Below are positions 1 through 9,735 of a stretch of 36,232 bases of DNA, one piece after another. This DNA is from Alphaproteobacteria bacterium. Lineage in GTDB: Bacteria > Pseudomonadota > Alphaproteobacteria > Rs-D84. A program made the translations under genes and the position numbers. The notes beneath the pieces were generated by a model. It was not told the origin of the DNA and searched no databases. It saw only the letters and a list, made by a program, of their open reading frames with translations. The stretch lies in the NCBI GenBank assembly GCA_029051085.1, contig JAIDLK010000012.1:1-36232 (forward strand), given 5' to 3'. The first letter of the stretch is position 1. Each line of letters opens with the position of its first letter.

Positions 1-1
1 G

Positions 2-487
2 GTTATACTGATTATTGCAACATCGGTACAAATCGGTCTGCGTATGCATTCGGCGGCAAAAACGGCGGCGGCAACAAATTATGAAATGGCGGTGGAAAAT
101 GCAGATGCGGCGGCTTTGGCGGCAATCGGCACACAAGGCACGGGCGCATCCGCAGATTTGGCACTGTTTCAGGCGTATATGATTGACAAAGATGCGGCAA
201 AAATTGAACAACTGGCGGAAAAAGGCCATTCGCGCGATTTTCGTGATTTGGCACGTCTGCACGTGGTCGGAATCCGCGGCGATAAAATGACCGCACGCGA
301 GTTGGAAAAATATCTGGCCCCGCTGAATACCAAATCATCGCCGTATTATTATATGGGCGCACTGACCGTGGCCCAAAAATATCTGGCCGAAGGTGACAAG
401 ACAACCGCGAACAAATGGCTGGATAAAATCATTAACGACAAAAACGCACCGGCGGCGATTTCTGCAAGCGCCACTGCGTTAAGATAA
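2..487 (+). CDS. 5'-truncated membrane-anchored TPR-like protein, YfgM-like (ancillary translocon/BamB-neighbour family)
   Basis: The frame is open from the window edge (VILIIATSVQIGL... looks like a TM anchor before the listed Met at 44). The C-terminus is Ala-rich and helical. It sits directly upstream of a BamB-like lipoprotein, as in the common yfgM-bamB pairing. Assignment is by context and composition only. Confidence 0.45.
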   Translation, partial: VILIIATSVQIGLRMHSAAKTAAATNYEMAVENADAAALAAIGTQGTGASADLALFQAYMIDKDAAKIEQLAEKGHSRDFRDLARLHVVGIRGDKMTARELEKYLAPLNTKSSPYYYMGALTVAQKYLAEGDKTTANKWLDKIINDKNAPAAISASATALR

Positions 488-501
488 CAAAGGCGAAAAA
501 T

Positions 502-1227
502 ATGCGTAAACTTACGGCGGTCGTGGCTGTTTTAATCTTGGCGGCGGGATGTACCAAGCATGACCCGATTTTGCCGGGCGAACGCACGGCTATTTTCGAA
601 GAAAGCACGACAACGGTTGTGGGCGGTGTGATTGAAAACCTGCCGGATGTGGCGGCGGGAAGTACTAACATCGAATGTCCGTATACGCAGGACAGTTCCA
701 ACGTAATCCGTAATGGCAACAGAAAGATTTTCACCGGGTTTCCGACAAATAATTCCGTAAAAAGCACACAATCCCCCGTATGTGCCGGCAAATATGTCAT
801 CGCGGGACTGACAACGGGTGAAGTCGTTAAGGTTAACCCTGCAAACCGTAACGTGGAATGGATTGCGGATGTATTCCGCCCCAGCAATATGACCGGCGGC
901 GCATCGGTATTGGATATTGTTGCACCGATTGTAATTGACGGTAATGCGGTATATGCCGGCGGCATGGGCGACGCTTTTTGCCGAATAAATTTGGCGAACG
1001 GGAAAAAGAAATGGTGCACGCCAATAAGTGTTTCCGCACCGTTTATCATTACCGAGCCGGCCGCATTTGTCGCGGGGACCAACGGTATCTTGTATGCGGT
1101 ACGTACAAGCGATGGCGCCATTTACTGGCAGACACCAATTGGAAAATGCAATAAAATAAGTTATGAAAATCAGATTATAACGGCGTGTAAAGCAAAAATA
1201 AACGCCGCCACAGGTGAAACGATTTAA
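502..1227 (+). CDS. bamB: Short PQQ-like beta-propeller lipoprotein, BamB-like (241 aa)
   Basis: Lipoprotein signal with lipobox (VLILAAGC). Repeated propeller-like motifs (GKYVIAG.TTGEV, GNAVYAGG, GILYAVRTSDGAIYWQTPIG). Much shorter than typical BamB (about 380-450 aa). Confidence 0.55.
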   Translation: MRKLTAVVAVLILAAGCTKHDPILPGERTAIFEESTTTVVGGVIENLPDVAAGSTNIECPYTQDSSNVIRNGNRKIFTGFPTNNSVKSTQSPVCAGKYVIAGLTTGEVVKVNPANRNVEWIADVFRPSNMTGGASVLDIVAPIVIDGNAVYAGGMGDAFCRINLANGKKKWCTPISVSAPFIITEPAAFVAGTNGILYAVRTSDGAIYWQTPIGKCNKISYENQIITACKAKINAATGETI

Positions 1228-1251
1228 AAAACGCCCAAATGGGCGTTTTTT
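1226..1251. terminator. Bidirectional intrinsic terminator between the BamB-like gene and dnaG
   Basis: AAAAA-ACGCCC-aaat-GGGCGT-TTTTT: a perfect 6-bp GC-rich stem flanked by an A-run and a T-run, lying between convergent genes. Confidence 0.8.
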
Positions 1252-1263
1252 AAATCGTCAGCA

Positions 1264-2874
1264 TTACACAACCAGCATTTCCTGCTTTGTGCGAACCTTT
1301 TCCATTTCGGAATCAATGGCGGCGATGCGTTCTTTGACATCGGCCCCGGCCAGCATTTGAACCATACATTCTTTCTTTTCCGACGCCAGGCGTTCCATAT
1401 ATTTTTGCAGTTTTAATGAGACAATGTATCGCTCTGCCATTGTCGGGTCCATTTGAACGGCCGCCGGAACACCGTCATAATCCACATTCAACGTGGCCAA
1501 GAAATCGCCGTATCTTTCCACCAGTTCAGGGAAGGTATTTACAATATAAACAAGCGTCCCACGTGTTATTTCATCAACTGACGGCAATGCAACAGCAGAC
1601 TCTTTTTTCTTGCGCGTCCAACGGCTCCATTGATTAAATTTACGCGAATTATATTCCTTTTCATATGCGCGACGCAGACCTTCGTCCTTAATCTTTTCTA
1701 TTTCCGCGGCCAAAAATTTTTCGGCCTGGGCCTGGCCGCCGGGCGTGGATGTTACATAGTTTTTATTCGCCAATTCCCACAGGAAATCCGTTAAATCCAT
1801 GGCACCGTCGATAATCTTGCGCATGGCATCCGCTCCACCGGTCTTTAATACCTCGTCCGGGTCCTTGCCGCCGGAAACAAATGCAAAACGCACATCGGAT
1901 GTATCACGTAAAAATGGCATTACTATTGATGCGGCACGGGCCGCAGCCTTTTGTCCGGCAGCGTCGCCATCAAAACAAAATGTTATGTTGCGGTTCGATT
2001 TGCACAAGACTGCAATATGGTCTTCGGTCAATGCAGTGCCAAGCGGCGCCACAGTTTCGCCAAAACCATTACATTGCATTTGAATGGCATCTATCTGTCC
2101 TTCGACAACGATACTGCGACCGGCGCGATATATCGCATCACGCGCAAAATTCAGACCAAACACAGTCCTGCGTTTATGGAACATTTCCGTATCGGTCGTA
2201 TTGATATATTTCGGCTCTGACCCGTCCAGACTGCGCCCGGAAAACGCAACTATACGGCCGTTGGCATTAAATATCGGAAACATCAGCTTGTCCCGGAAAA
2301 AGTCATACATACCGTAATCACCGCGACGGCACAGCCCGGTTGCAATCAGCGCATCCTGTTTCGTATTCGCAAATGTATTTGCAATCAGATTATTTTTTGG
2401 CGCATATCCGATACGATACTTTTTTATCATATCATCTGAAAAACCACGGCGCCGAACATACTCCAATGCGACAGCCCCGGCGGGTTCAAACAACTTTTGC
2501 TGATACAGCGCGGTGGCGCGTTCGGTAATGCCGGTATACGATTCTTCGCGCGCGACGGCGGCGGGATCCCGCGGCTTGTAATCAGGCATTTTCACGCCGG
2601 CCATTGCGGCCAGTTCCGTAATTGCCGCCCGAAAATCCATATTGTTTGTTTTCATTGTAAACGAAATTATGTCGCCATGTTCGCCACAACCAAAACAGTG
2701 ATAAAAACCTTTTTCTTCGTTTACAGAAAAACTGGGCGTTTTTTCATTATGAAACGGACAGCAGCCCCAATAATTTTGCCCTTTGCGCGTCAGCGGTACG
2801 CGACGCCCGACAACATCAACAATCGATAATCGCGTTCGCAGTTCATCGGTAAAATTACGGTCATATGACGCCAT
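1264..2874 (-). CDS. dnaG: DNA primase DnaG
   Basis: N-terminal CHC2 zinc finger (CCPFHNEKTPSFSVNEEKGFYHCFGCGEHGD), Toprim region (VVEGQIDAI, FCFDGDAAGQKAA), 536 aa. Confidence 0.95.
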   Translation of the reverse strand: MASYDRNFTDELRTRLSIVDVVGRRVPLTRKGQNYWGCCPFHNEKTPSFSVNEEKGFYHCFGCGEHGDIISFTMKTNNMDFRAAITELAAMAGVKMPDYKPRDPAAVAREESYTGITERATALYQQKLFEPAGAVALEYVRRRGFSDDMIKKYRIGYAPKNNLIANTFANTKQDALIATGLCRRGDYGMYDFFRDKLMFPIFNANGRIVAFSGRSLDGSEPKYINTTDTEMFHKRRTVFGLNFARDAIYRAGRSIVVEGQIDAIQMQCNGFGETVAPLGTALTEDHIAVLCKSNRNITFCFDGDAAGQKAAARAASIVMPFLRDTSDVRFAFVSGGKDPDEVLKTGGADAMRKIIDGAMDLTDFLWELANKNYVTSTPGGQAQAEKFLAAEIEKIKDEGLRRAYEKEYNSRKFNQWSRWTRKKKESAVALPSVDEITRGTLVYIVNTFPELVERYGDFLATLNVDYDGVPAAVQMDPTMAERYIVSLKLQKYMERLASEKKECMVQMLAGADVKERIAAIDSEMEKVRTKQEMLVV

Positions 2875-3138
2875 TTACAAGCTTTTTCCCAAATAATTGA
2901 AAATTTTGCGTCCCCAAAATCCGCTGAATCTGGCAATCAAGCTGTTCGTAACACGGTCATGCACATTGGCGGTATGCCAGTCATATTTGGTATCATGAAC
3001 GCTGTTTATGATGTACATATCGTCAAATTTCCATTTTATATTGGAAAAATTATTTTCGGGCGAATTGACACGCTCAATAACAGACGGAGTTGATTTCATT
3101 AGTTTTCTATAAAGGTTGTATCTTTCAATAATATTCAT
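2875..3138 (-). CDS. Hypothetical small basic protein (87 aa), no recognisable family
   Basis: GAGGTGG Shine-Dalgarno 5 nt before the ATG. The ORF starts 12 nt after the topA stop, and its TAA abuts the dnaG ATG (TAAATG). No signal peptide or TM. By eye it is AT-richer than its neighbours. Confidence 0.55.
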   Translation of the reverse strand: MNIIERYNLYRKLMKSTPSVIERVNSPENNFSNIKWKFDDMYIINSVHDTKYDWHTANVHDRVTNSLIARFSGFWGRKIFNYLGKSL

Positions 3139-3150
3139 TTGCCACCTCTT

Positions 3151-5406
3151 TTATTTCTTTTTAAACCCGCGGCGTGCAGACGGTTTTTTATTGTTTATCA
3201 AATCCGCCGCCGTTTCCAAATCCGGCTGCTCTTTTACAGAAACATTTACTTTGTTTGAGGAGATATATGCACCATAACGACCGGTCGGATAATAGTAAAT
3301 CATTTTACCGGTTGCCGGATTCTCGCCAAGCTCAATCGGCTCCACTTTTTTCGTACCGGCGGAAAGCAATTCCCGCGCCACATCCAGTGTTATGGTTTCT
3401 GCGTTATATTGTTTGGCCGAAACATTCTTTTTACCATCTGTTACATATGGTCCGAATCTGCCTACCTTAAACGATATGCCCTCTCCCAAGTCAATATTAT
3501 TAGCAGAGGCCTGACCTGCGGCGCCATTTTCCGCAGGCGCCTCTTCTGCGCCCAAACGCTGGGTATAGTCACACTCGGGATAATTTGCACAACCTACAAA
3601 CGCACCGTACTTTGATAACTTTATCCCCAGTGTCCCACCACATTTCGGACATTTGCCATCACCGTCGCCAAACAGATGCATATGCATTATCTCGTTTATG
3701 GAATCGATTATTTCCGCTGTCTTGACACCACTTGCGGCACCAATCATGCTGTTGGTAGGTTCCCAGAATGCCTGCAGGGATTTAATCTTGTCTGCGCGAC
3801 CGTTGGAAACCTCGTCCAGGGTGTCCTCGGTCTTGGCGGTGAAATTAACGTCTACCAAATCTGTGAAATATTTGGATAGGTAAGCGGCGATAACCCACCC
3901 GCCCGACGTCGGATGAAAGCGGCGCTGTTTGTCCTGCTCAACATATTTACGGTCAACGATTGTAGACATAATCGTTGCGTATGTTGACGGACGCCCGATT
4001 CCCAATTCTTCAAGCTTCTTTACCAATGACGCCTCTGTATAACGGGCGGGCGGTTGGGTAAAGTGCTGTTCCGGGCAAAGCGATGTTATTTGTATGGCGT
4101 CGCCCACACTTAAAACCGGCAACTTGGATTCACTTGACGTGTCGGCATCATCGCGACCTTCGGTATAAACTTTCATAAAACCGTCAAATGTTCGCGTCGT
4201 GCCAACCGCATGAAATACCGCCGCACGGTCCGCCGTTTCAATATCGGCCGCAACACTGTCGAATTCCGCATTCGTCATCTGGCATGCAATGGTACGCTTC
4301 CAGATTAAATCGTATAGCTTTGCCTCGTCACCGGATAATTCCGGGCCGGTGCCATCAAAATGAGTTGGACGGATGGCCTCGTGCGCTTCTTGGGCGTTTT
4401 TTGATTTCGTTACATATACGTTCGGTGTTTTGGGCACAAAACGCTGGCCATAAGTTGCGGCGATATATTCTCGTATCGCCCCGACCGCATCCGCAGACAG
4501 GTTTGTTGCATCCGTACGCATATATGTAATCAACCCCTGTTCATAAAGCTTTTGAGCAGTGCTCATTGTACGCTTTGATGAAAAGTAAAGCTTGCGCGCC
4601 GCCTCCTGCTGAAGTGTAGAGGTTGTAAATGGTGCCGCCGCACGACGGGATGTCTTTTTCTTTTCAATATTTACAACCGAGGCATTTATAACAGGTTCAC
4701 CGATGCCCGATAAAATTTCATCCATGCGCGAACGGCCACCAATGCTTAACTTTTCGATTTTCTCGCCACCAAATACGGACAATGCGGCGGAAAAAGTATC
4801 GGCGCCACGCATCATTTCCGCAGCCAGGCTCCAATATTCAACCGGACGAAAGGCCTCTATCTCGCGCTCGCGATCGACAACCAGCTTTACCGCAACAGAC
4901 TGTACGCGCCCGGCGGATTTCCCCAGATTACGACGCCACAACAAAGGCGAAATACCAAAACCAATCAGATAATCCAAAGCGCGGCGAACCAAATATGCAT
5001 CGACCAGATTCTGATCTATCTCACGCGGGTTTTCAATGGCGGCCTGAACGGCTTTCTTTGTAATTTCATGAAATGCGACACGATAGACTTTTTTTCCGGA
5101 CAATAATTTCTTGGCACGCAAAATATCCAATATATGCCAGGCGATGGCCTCTCCCTCGCGGTCAGGGTCCGATGCCAGATATACGGCATCCGCCTTTTTA
5201 ACCTCGTCCGTTATCAGTTTTATCTGACGTTCCTTGCCCGGCATAATCTGCCAGCGCATCGCAAAATTATTTTCCGTATCAACACTGCCGTTTTCGGGAA
5301 CCAAATCACGCACATGACCGACCGACGCAATAACACGCCAGCCCTTACCCAAATATTTTTCGATTGTTTTGGCCTTGGACGGAGATTCAACGATAAGTAA
5401 GTTCAT
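3151..5406 (-). CDS. topA: DNA topoisomerase I
   Basis: Toprim N-terminus (LLIVESPSKAKTIEKYLG), DPDREGEAIAWH, active-site region ITYMRTD, C-terminal Cys4 zinc ribbon (CPKCGG...CANYPEC), 751 aa. Confidence 0.95.
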   Translation of the reverse strand: MNLLIVESPSKAKTIEKYLGKGWRVIASVGHVRDLVPENGSVDTENNFAMRWQIMPGKERQIKLITDEVKKADAVYLASDPDREGEAIAWHILDILRAKKLLSGKKVYRVAFHEITKKAVQAAIENPREIDQNLVDAYLVRRALDYLIGFGISPLLWRRNLGKSAGRVQSVAVKLVVDREREIEAFRPVEYWSLAAEMMRGADTFSAALSVFGGEKIEKLSIGGRSRMDEILSGIGEPVINASVVNIEKKKTSRRAAAPFTTSTLQQEAARKLYFSSKRTMSTAQKLYEQGLITYMRTDATNLSADAVGAIREYIAATYGQRFVPKTPNVYVTKSKNAQEAHEAIRPTHFDGTGPELSGDEAKLYDLIWKRTIACQMTNAEFDSVAADIETADRAAVFHAVGTTRTFDGFMKVYTEGRDDADTSSESKLPVLSVGDAIQITSLCPEQHFTQPPARYTEASLVKKLEELGIGRPSTYATIMSTIVDRKYVEQDKQRRFHPTSGGWVIAAYLSKYFTDLVDVNFTAKTEDTLDEVSNGRADKIKSLQAFWEPTNSMIGAASGVKTAEIIDSINEIMHMHLFGDGDGKCPKCGGTLGIKLSKYGAFVGCANYPECDYTQRLGAEEAPAENGAAGQASANNIDLGEGISFKVGRFGPYVTDGKKNVSAKQYNAETITLDVARELLSAGTKKVEPIELGENPATGKMIYYYPTGRYGAYISSNKVNVSVKEQPDLETAADLINNKKPSARRGFKKK

Positions 5407-5409
5407 TTT

Positions 5410-6555
5410 TCAGCTTCCCTTTGCAGATAATTGCTGGTCTTTGTGAATGTGGGCATTCTGGGCCAGGCCGAATCCAAACATAAGCGCGATAAGACTGCTG
5501 CCGCCAAATGACATCAAAGGCAGCGGCACTCCAACCGTCGGCATCAACCCCAAAACCATGGAAATATTTATAAAATAATAAATGAAAAAGTTCAACATAA
5601 AACCAAAGCAAATCAACTGGCCGAATCTGTTCCTGCATGTCTTTGCACACCAGAACAGGACCATGATTATCATACTGTAAAGGCCGATAAGACCGAATGC
5701 CCCAAGGAATCCAAACTCCTCGCCCAGCATGGTAAAGATAAAGTCAGTCTGCTTTTCCGGCAGGAATGATTGCTGGGACTGGCTGCCTTTCATATAGCCT
5801 TTGCCGATAAGTCCGCCGGAACCGAACGCTATTTTTGCCTGATTTATCTGATACCCGGCACCACGTGCATCATGCTCGGGATTTACGAATGTTATGATAC
5901 GCTGGCGCTGGTAATCATGCAGGCCGCCAAACCAAACAACCGGTGCCGCACATACGGCCAAAACAGCACCAATTATAAACCACTTTTTATTCGCACCGAC
6001 AATATAGAAAACACCGGTCGTAATCATCGCCAAAGACAATGCCGTCCCAAGGTCGGGTTGAGCCACGATTAAACCGAACGGCACCAACAGCATTGTCGCC
6101 GGAATTATATAGTTCTTGAACTGGGATAGCTCTACGGAATTCATCCATGCAAAATACCGCGCAAGCGCCAAAACCAGTGCAATTTTTATCAGCTCGGACG
6201 GTTGGATATGAACAAAGCCCAGATTCAGCCACCGCTGGGCCCCCATGCCGGTATGGCCGACAAATGTCACCAATATTATCATTATCAGAGCAACGGCATA
6301 AATCAAATATGCCGATTTAATCCATGTTTTTATATTGGAAAACGCCGCGATAAAAAATATGGCGAACCCGACCATTATTTTTGCGGCCTGGGACAGCGCG
6401 AACGGTCGCCAATTCCCATGACCGGCAGAATAGAGAACAACAATTGAAATCGCCAGAACGATACACATCGGAACGAACAGCCCCCACGAAAAGCGGGCCA
6501 GCTTTTCCGAGAAAGTCATCATGGACGCATTGGATACACGGGTCTGGCGCGCCAT
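5410..6555 (-). CDS. rodA: Peptidoglycan glycosyltransferase RodA (SEDS family)
   Basis: Polytopic FtsW/RodA/SpoVE-type sequence (QPSELIKI, PEKQTDFIF, VGVPLPLMSFGGSS), immediately downstream of mrdA. Confidence 0.9.
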   Translation of the reverse strand: MARQTRVSNASMMTFSEKLARFSWGLFVPMCIVLAISIVVLYSAGHGNWRPFALSQAAKIMVGFAIFFIAAFSNIKTWIKSAYLIYAVALIMIILVTFVGHTGMGAQRWLNLGFVHIQPSELIKIALVLALARYFAWMNSVELSQFKNYIIPATMLLVPFGLIVAQPDLGTALSLAMITTGVFYIVGANKKWFIIGAVLAVCAAPVVWFGGLHDYQRQRIITFVNPEHDARGAGYQINQAKIAFGSGGLIGKGYMKGSQSQQSFLPEKQTDFIFTMLGEEFGFLGAFGLIGLYSMIIMVLFWCAKTCRNRFGQLICFGFMLNFFIYYFINISMVLGLMPTVGVPLPLMSFGGSSLIALMFGFGLAQNAHIHKDQQLSAKGS

Positions 6556-6556
6556 T

Positions 6557-8332
6557 CTATTTGCCCCCCTTTAATAATGTGCGCATGACTGCAGCCGCCG
6601 TACGCGCAGCAGGACCGGAGCCGCCACTGTGCTCTGTTACAATACATACGGCGTATTTCGGATTATCTGTTGGCGCATATCCGACAAACAGCCCGTGGTT
6701 ACGCATATTCCACTTCAGCTGGTCATTGGTCAGAACACCGGACAAACGCTCCGCCTTGGAAATGCTGCGAACCTGCGACGTACCTGTCTTGCCACCCATT
6801 TTTTTCCCGCCAACGTTGATGGCAGAACCGGCCGCCGTACCACCTGGCTTCGTAACCTCTTCAAGGCCGCGAAATACATAATCTATATTTTTTTTCTGCA
6901 GGCCCAATGTCGGAAACGACGGTTTCGCATCCACTTTTATCAAACGCGGATATACCTCGCGGTTTGATGCTACGCGCGCCATCATTACAGCCAACTGCAT
7001 GCAGTTGGCAAGAATAAAGCCCTGGCCGATGCCAGATATAACGGTGTCACCATGAACCCAGCGGACACCGACATTTTTCTCTTTCCATTTTCTGTCGGGA
7101 ATAACCCCGGTCATTTGGCGTGCAAAAATATCCGACATGTATTCCTGGCTTAGGCCCAGTTTTAGCGCCATTGACTTAATCGCATCAATACCGATTTTCA
7201 ACGCCAGCTGGTAAAAATAAATGTCACAGGAATGCTTTAATGCACCGGCCAAGTCAACATGCCCGTGCCCTTTGGCCTCCCAGCAATGATAACGGCGGTC
7301 ACCGTAATCCCAGTGCCCCGGACAGAAAACTTTGTCACGCGGGGTTATGGCACCCGCTTCAAGCGCGGCAAGCGCAACTATTATCTTAAATGTGGAGCCC
7401 GGCGGATATAACCCTTCCAGCGTTTTATTCATAAACGGCTTTGCAAAATCCGCACGCAGCTGGGCAATATATTCGTCCGCATCATCGGCACCGAAATTAT
7501 TTGGGTCAAAGCTGGGGGTGGAAACCATCGCCAAAACATCGCCTGTTTCAATATCCAGCGCAACCCCGCACCCGGCACGATGCGTTTCCAGCGCATCGTA
7601 CATTGCGCGCTGGGCGGCGTCATTGATTGTTGTCGGGACATTGCCGCCTGTAACCGGTGCTTCGTATTGAGATTTGTCTTCGCCGGTAACACGCCCAACA
7701 GCGTTGGTTATCATAACCGTCTGACCGGGCGTGCCGGCCAAAGCATCGTTAAAACGGCGCTCCAGCCCGGTTACCCCCGCCGTAAAAAACGGCGCGCCAG
7801 GCACCGGCTTATCCGGCGCACCGACATATCCGAATATCTGGGCACCCGCAGGCCCCATCTCATACACACGAGCAAAGCCGTTTTCAACATGCAACCCCGG
7901 CAGATTTTTCGCCTGAAGTTCCGCCAGACGCGCCCAGTCCGTATTTTCACTTACCAATACCGGCTGAAACTTCTGCTGCTTTTTTATACGCGCACGTATC
8001 CGTTTCAATGTCTTTGGCCGCAAAGACAAATCCGCCGCAACAATGGAAAGCAGCCCTTCCAAATCTTCCGCCTCTTCGGGAACGATATATATTCTATAGA
8101 CGCGCGCATCACGCGAAATCGGTGTTCCATTGGCCGACAATATTCTGCCGCGCTCAGGCATATTTATCTGAATGCGAAAAGAATTGTTTTCGCTTTTACG
8201 CTTGTAATCACGATAAGAAAACACCTGCATCTGCAGCATACGCAGGACCAGCACGGATGTCAGCACCGCACCCGCGGTAAAGAACAACGCGGACCTGCGG
8301 TCGAAAAGACGCGAGACTTCGGTATCAATCAT
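6557..8332 (-). CDS. mrdA: Penicillin-binding protein 2 (elongasome transpeptidase)
   Basis: N-terminal TM, then transpeptidase motifs STFK (PPGSTFKI), SGIG and KTGTSQ. Lies between mreD and rodA. Confidence 0.92.
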   Translation of the reverse strand: MIDTEVSRLFDRRSALFFTAGAVLTSVLVLRMLQMQVFSYRDYKRKSENNSFRIQINMPERGRILSANGTPISRDARVYRIYIVPEEAEDLEGLLSIVAADLSLRPKTLKRIRARIKKQQKFQPVLVSENTDWARLAELQAKNLPGLHVENGFARVYEMGPAGAQIFGYVGAPDKPVPGAPFFTAGVTGLERRFNDALAGTPGQTVMITNAVGRVTGEDKSQYEAPVTGGNVPTTINDAAQRAMYDALETHRAGCGVALDIETGDVLAMVSTPSFDPNNFGADDADEYIAQLRADFAKPFMNKTLEGLYPPGSTFKIIVALAALEAGAITPRDKVFCPGHWDYGDRRYHCWEAKGHGHVDLAGALKHSCDIYFYQLALKIGIDAIKSMALKLGLSQEYMSDIFARQMTGVIPDRKWKEKNVGVRWVHGDTVISGIGQGFILANCMQLAVMMARVASNREVYPRLIKVDAKPSFPTLGLQKKNIDYVFRGLEEVTKPGGTAAGSAINVGGKKMGGKTGTSQVRSISKAERLSGVLTNDQLKWNMRNHGLFVGYAPTDNPKYAVCIVTEHSGGSGPAARTAAAVMRTLLKGGK

Positions 8333-8804
8333 GCCCGACCCTTTTTATCAATGCCACAAGCGGAAAATACATCGCACATTCCCATGCACCCGTCCACAAA
8401 ACGCGAAATACATTTGTAAATGTCACCATATGCGGCAAAGAAATAATCAGCACGGAAACACAAAAAAACAACGCAAAGGCACCGATGCCATCATTATCCG
8501 CACGCGTTAAATCAACAACATTTTGAAATCCGCATACCGCATAGGCAAGGCAATACACCGATGTCCAGAACAACAGTGTATCCGCACGATAATCAACCAA
8601 GAAACACATCAGTACACCGAACGGCACAAACCATGCCGTCGGGCGGATAAAGGTGCAGAAAAACACCGGCACCAGGGCCAACAACCCCGCCGGATTCAGC
8701 CACCCAATCGATGCACGCCATAAAAACAGCGTCAGAACAAACGGAAAGGCCGTACGTAAAAAATCAATTATTTTTCTGTCCATTTGTATATTGCCCCGCC
8801 GCAC
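8325..8804 (-). CDS. mreD: Rod shape-determining protein MreD
   Basis: 159-aa multi-TM protein between mreC and mrdA. It overlaps both neighbours. The start is uncertain (alternative Met at 8783). Confidence 0.7.
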   Translation of the reverse strand: MRRGNIQMDRKIIDFLRTAFPFVLTLFLWRASIGWLNPAGLLALVPVFFCTFIRPTAWFVPFGVLMCFLVDYRADTLLFWTSVYCLAYAVCGFQNVVDLTRADNDGIGAFALFFCVSVLIISLPHMVTFTNVFRVLWTGAWECAMYFPLVALIKRVGHD

Positions 8805-9600
8805 CGAATCTAAGTATCATGACACGGCTTAAATCGCCGGGCGATTTTATGCGCACATCCGCCTCGTTCTCCATAACGCCGACCATTATCCCTTCGGGCA
8901 GGATGCCACTGATGCCACTGGTAACAAGCCTTATTCCCGCGGTCGGCTGAAATTCCGGGTCACTGAAAAATCCCATAACCGGGCGGCGACCGCCTGTGCC
9001 CCGCATAAATCCGTATACCTCTGAGCCGACAACACGTACCGCAATATTGGTGTCCGCATCGGTCAACGCGCGCACGCGCGCAAAACCGGGCGCCGCATCA
9101 ATTACAACGCCCGCCAGCATCCCGTCAAACGTTACCGCAACCTGGCCCGGTTCGATTCCATCACGCGCACCCTTGGATATCATATACGTGTTATGATGCA
9201 AAACCGAATTGTCATGAACAACATCGGCGGCAACGGCACCGGGGCGACTGTGAACAATATCCAACTCACGGGAAAGCTTCTGGGCCTCTGCAATTGCGAT
9301 ATCACATTCGGCGCCGCGCATCCGCATGGCATCCAATTCTTCGCGCAGCATGGCGTTTTCACGACGCAGACCCGATAATTCCCGAACGTTGGCAACAACA
9401 TTCCCCACCGCACGAAACGGCCACGTAATAATGTCACCCGCAAAACCGGCCACAGGCACAACCACATGTGCCGCCGCATTCATAATGCGATAATCAGGCT
9501 TTGCAACCATAATATATATGAAAAACACCGGCAAAACCGCCGCTGCGGCCGCGGCTTTTGCCACCGAATATACACGCGATGTCAGCTTTTTTTGATTCAT
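8764..9600 (-). CDS. mreC: Rod shape-determining protein MreC
   Basis: N-terminal TM, coiled-coil (LRRENAMLREELDAMR), beta-rich C-terminal domain, positioned ahead of mreD. Confidence 0.85.
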   Translation of the reverse strand: MNQKKLTSRVYSVAKAAAAAAVLPVFFIYIMVAKPDYRIMNAAAHVVVPVAGFAGDIITWPFRAVGNVVANVRELSGLRRENAMLREELDAMRMRGAECDIAIAEAQKLSRELDIVHSRPGAVAADVVHDNSVLHHNTYMISKGARDGIEPGQVAVTFDGMLAGVVIDAAPGFARVRALTDADTNIAVRVVGSEVYGFMRGTGGRRPVMGFFSDPEFQPTAGIRLVTSGISGILPEGIMVGVMENEADVRIKSPGDLSRVMILRFGAAGQYTNGQKNN

Positions 9601-9735
9601 GTCGGCTCATACTTTAACCCTTAAAAAAGCAACATTCAATAAAAACTTGATTTTTCATTTAATTGTGTCAAAATAGCCCCGCATCTCCAAAGTGGCAAGG
9701 CATTGCCACCAGGAAAAAGTAAAAAAGGATAGAAA

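Noticed and set aside
7580-8419. Long ORFs antisense to real genes. Examples: 7580-8419 (+) opposite mrdA; 17945-18988 (+) opposite ileS; 22532-23200 (+) opposite fabD; 12855-13565 (-) opposite pheT; 9779-10408 (-) opposite rplT; 432-1121 (-) opposite the BamB-like gene; 24615-25190 (+) opposite metG.
   Set aside because: Each lies entirely opposite a gene with unmistakable family motifs. Their translations are low-complexity, Arg/Pro/Ser-rich sequences with no motifs and no SD. They are shadow ORFs.
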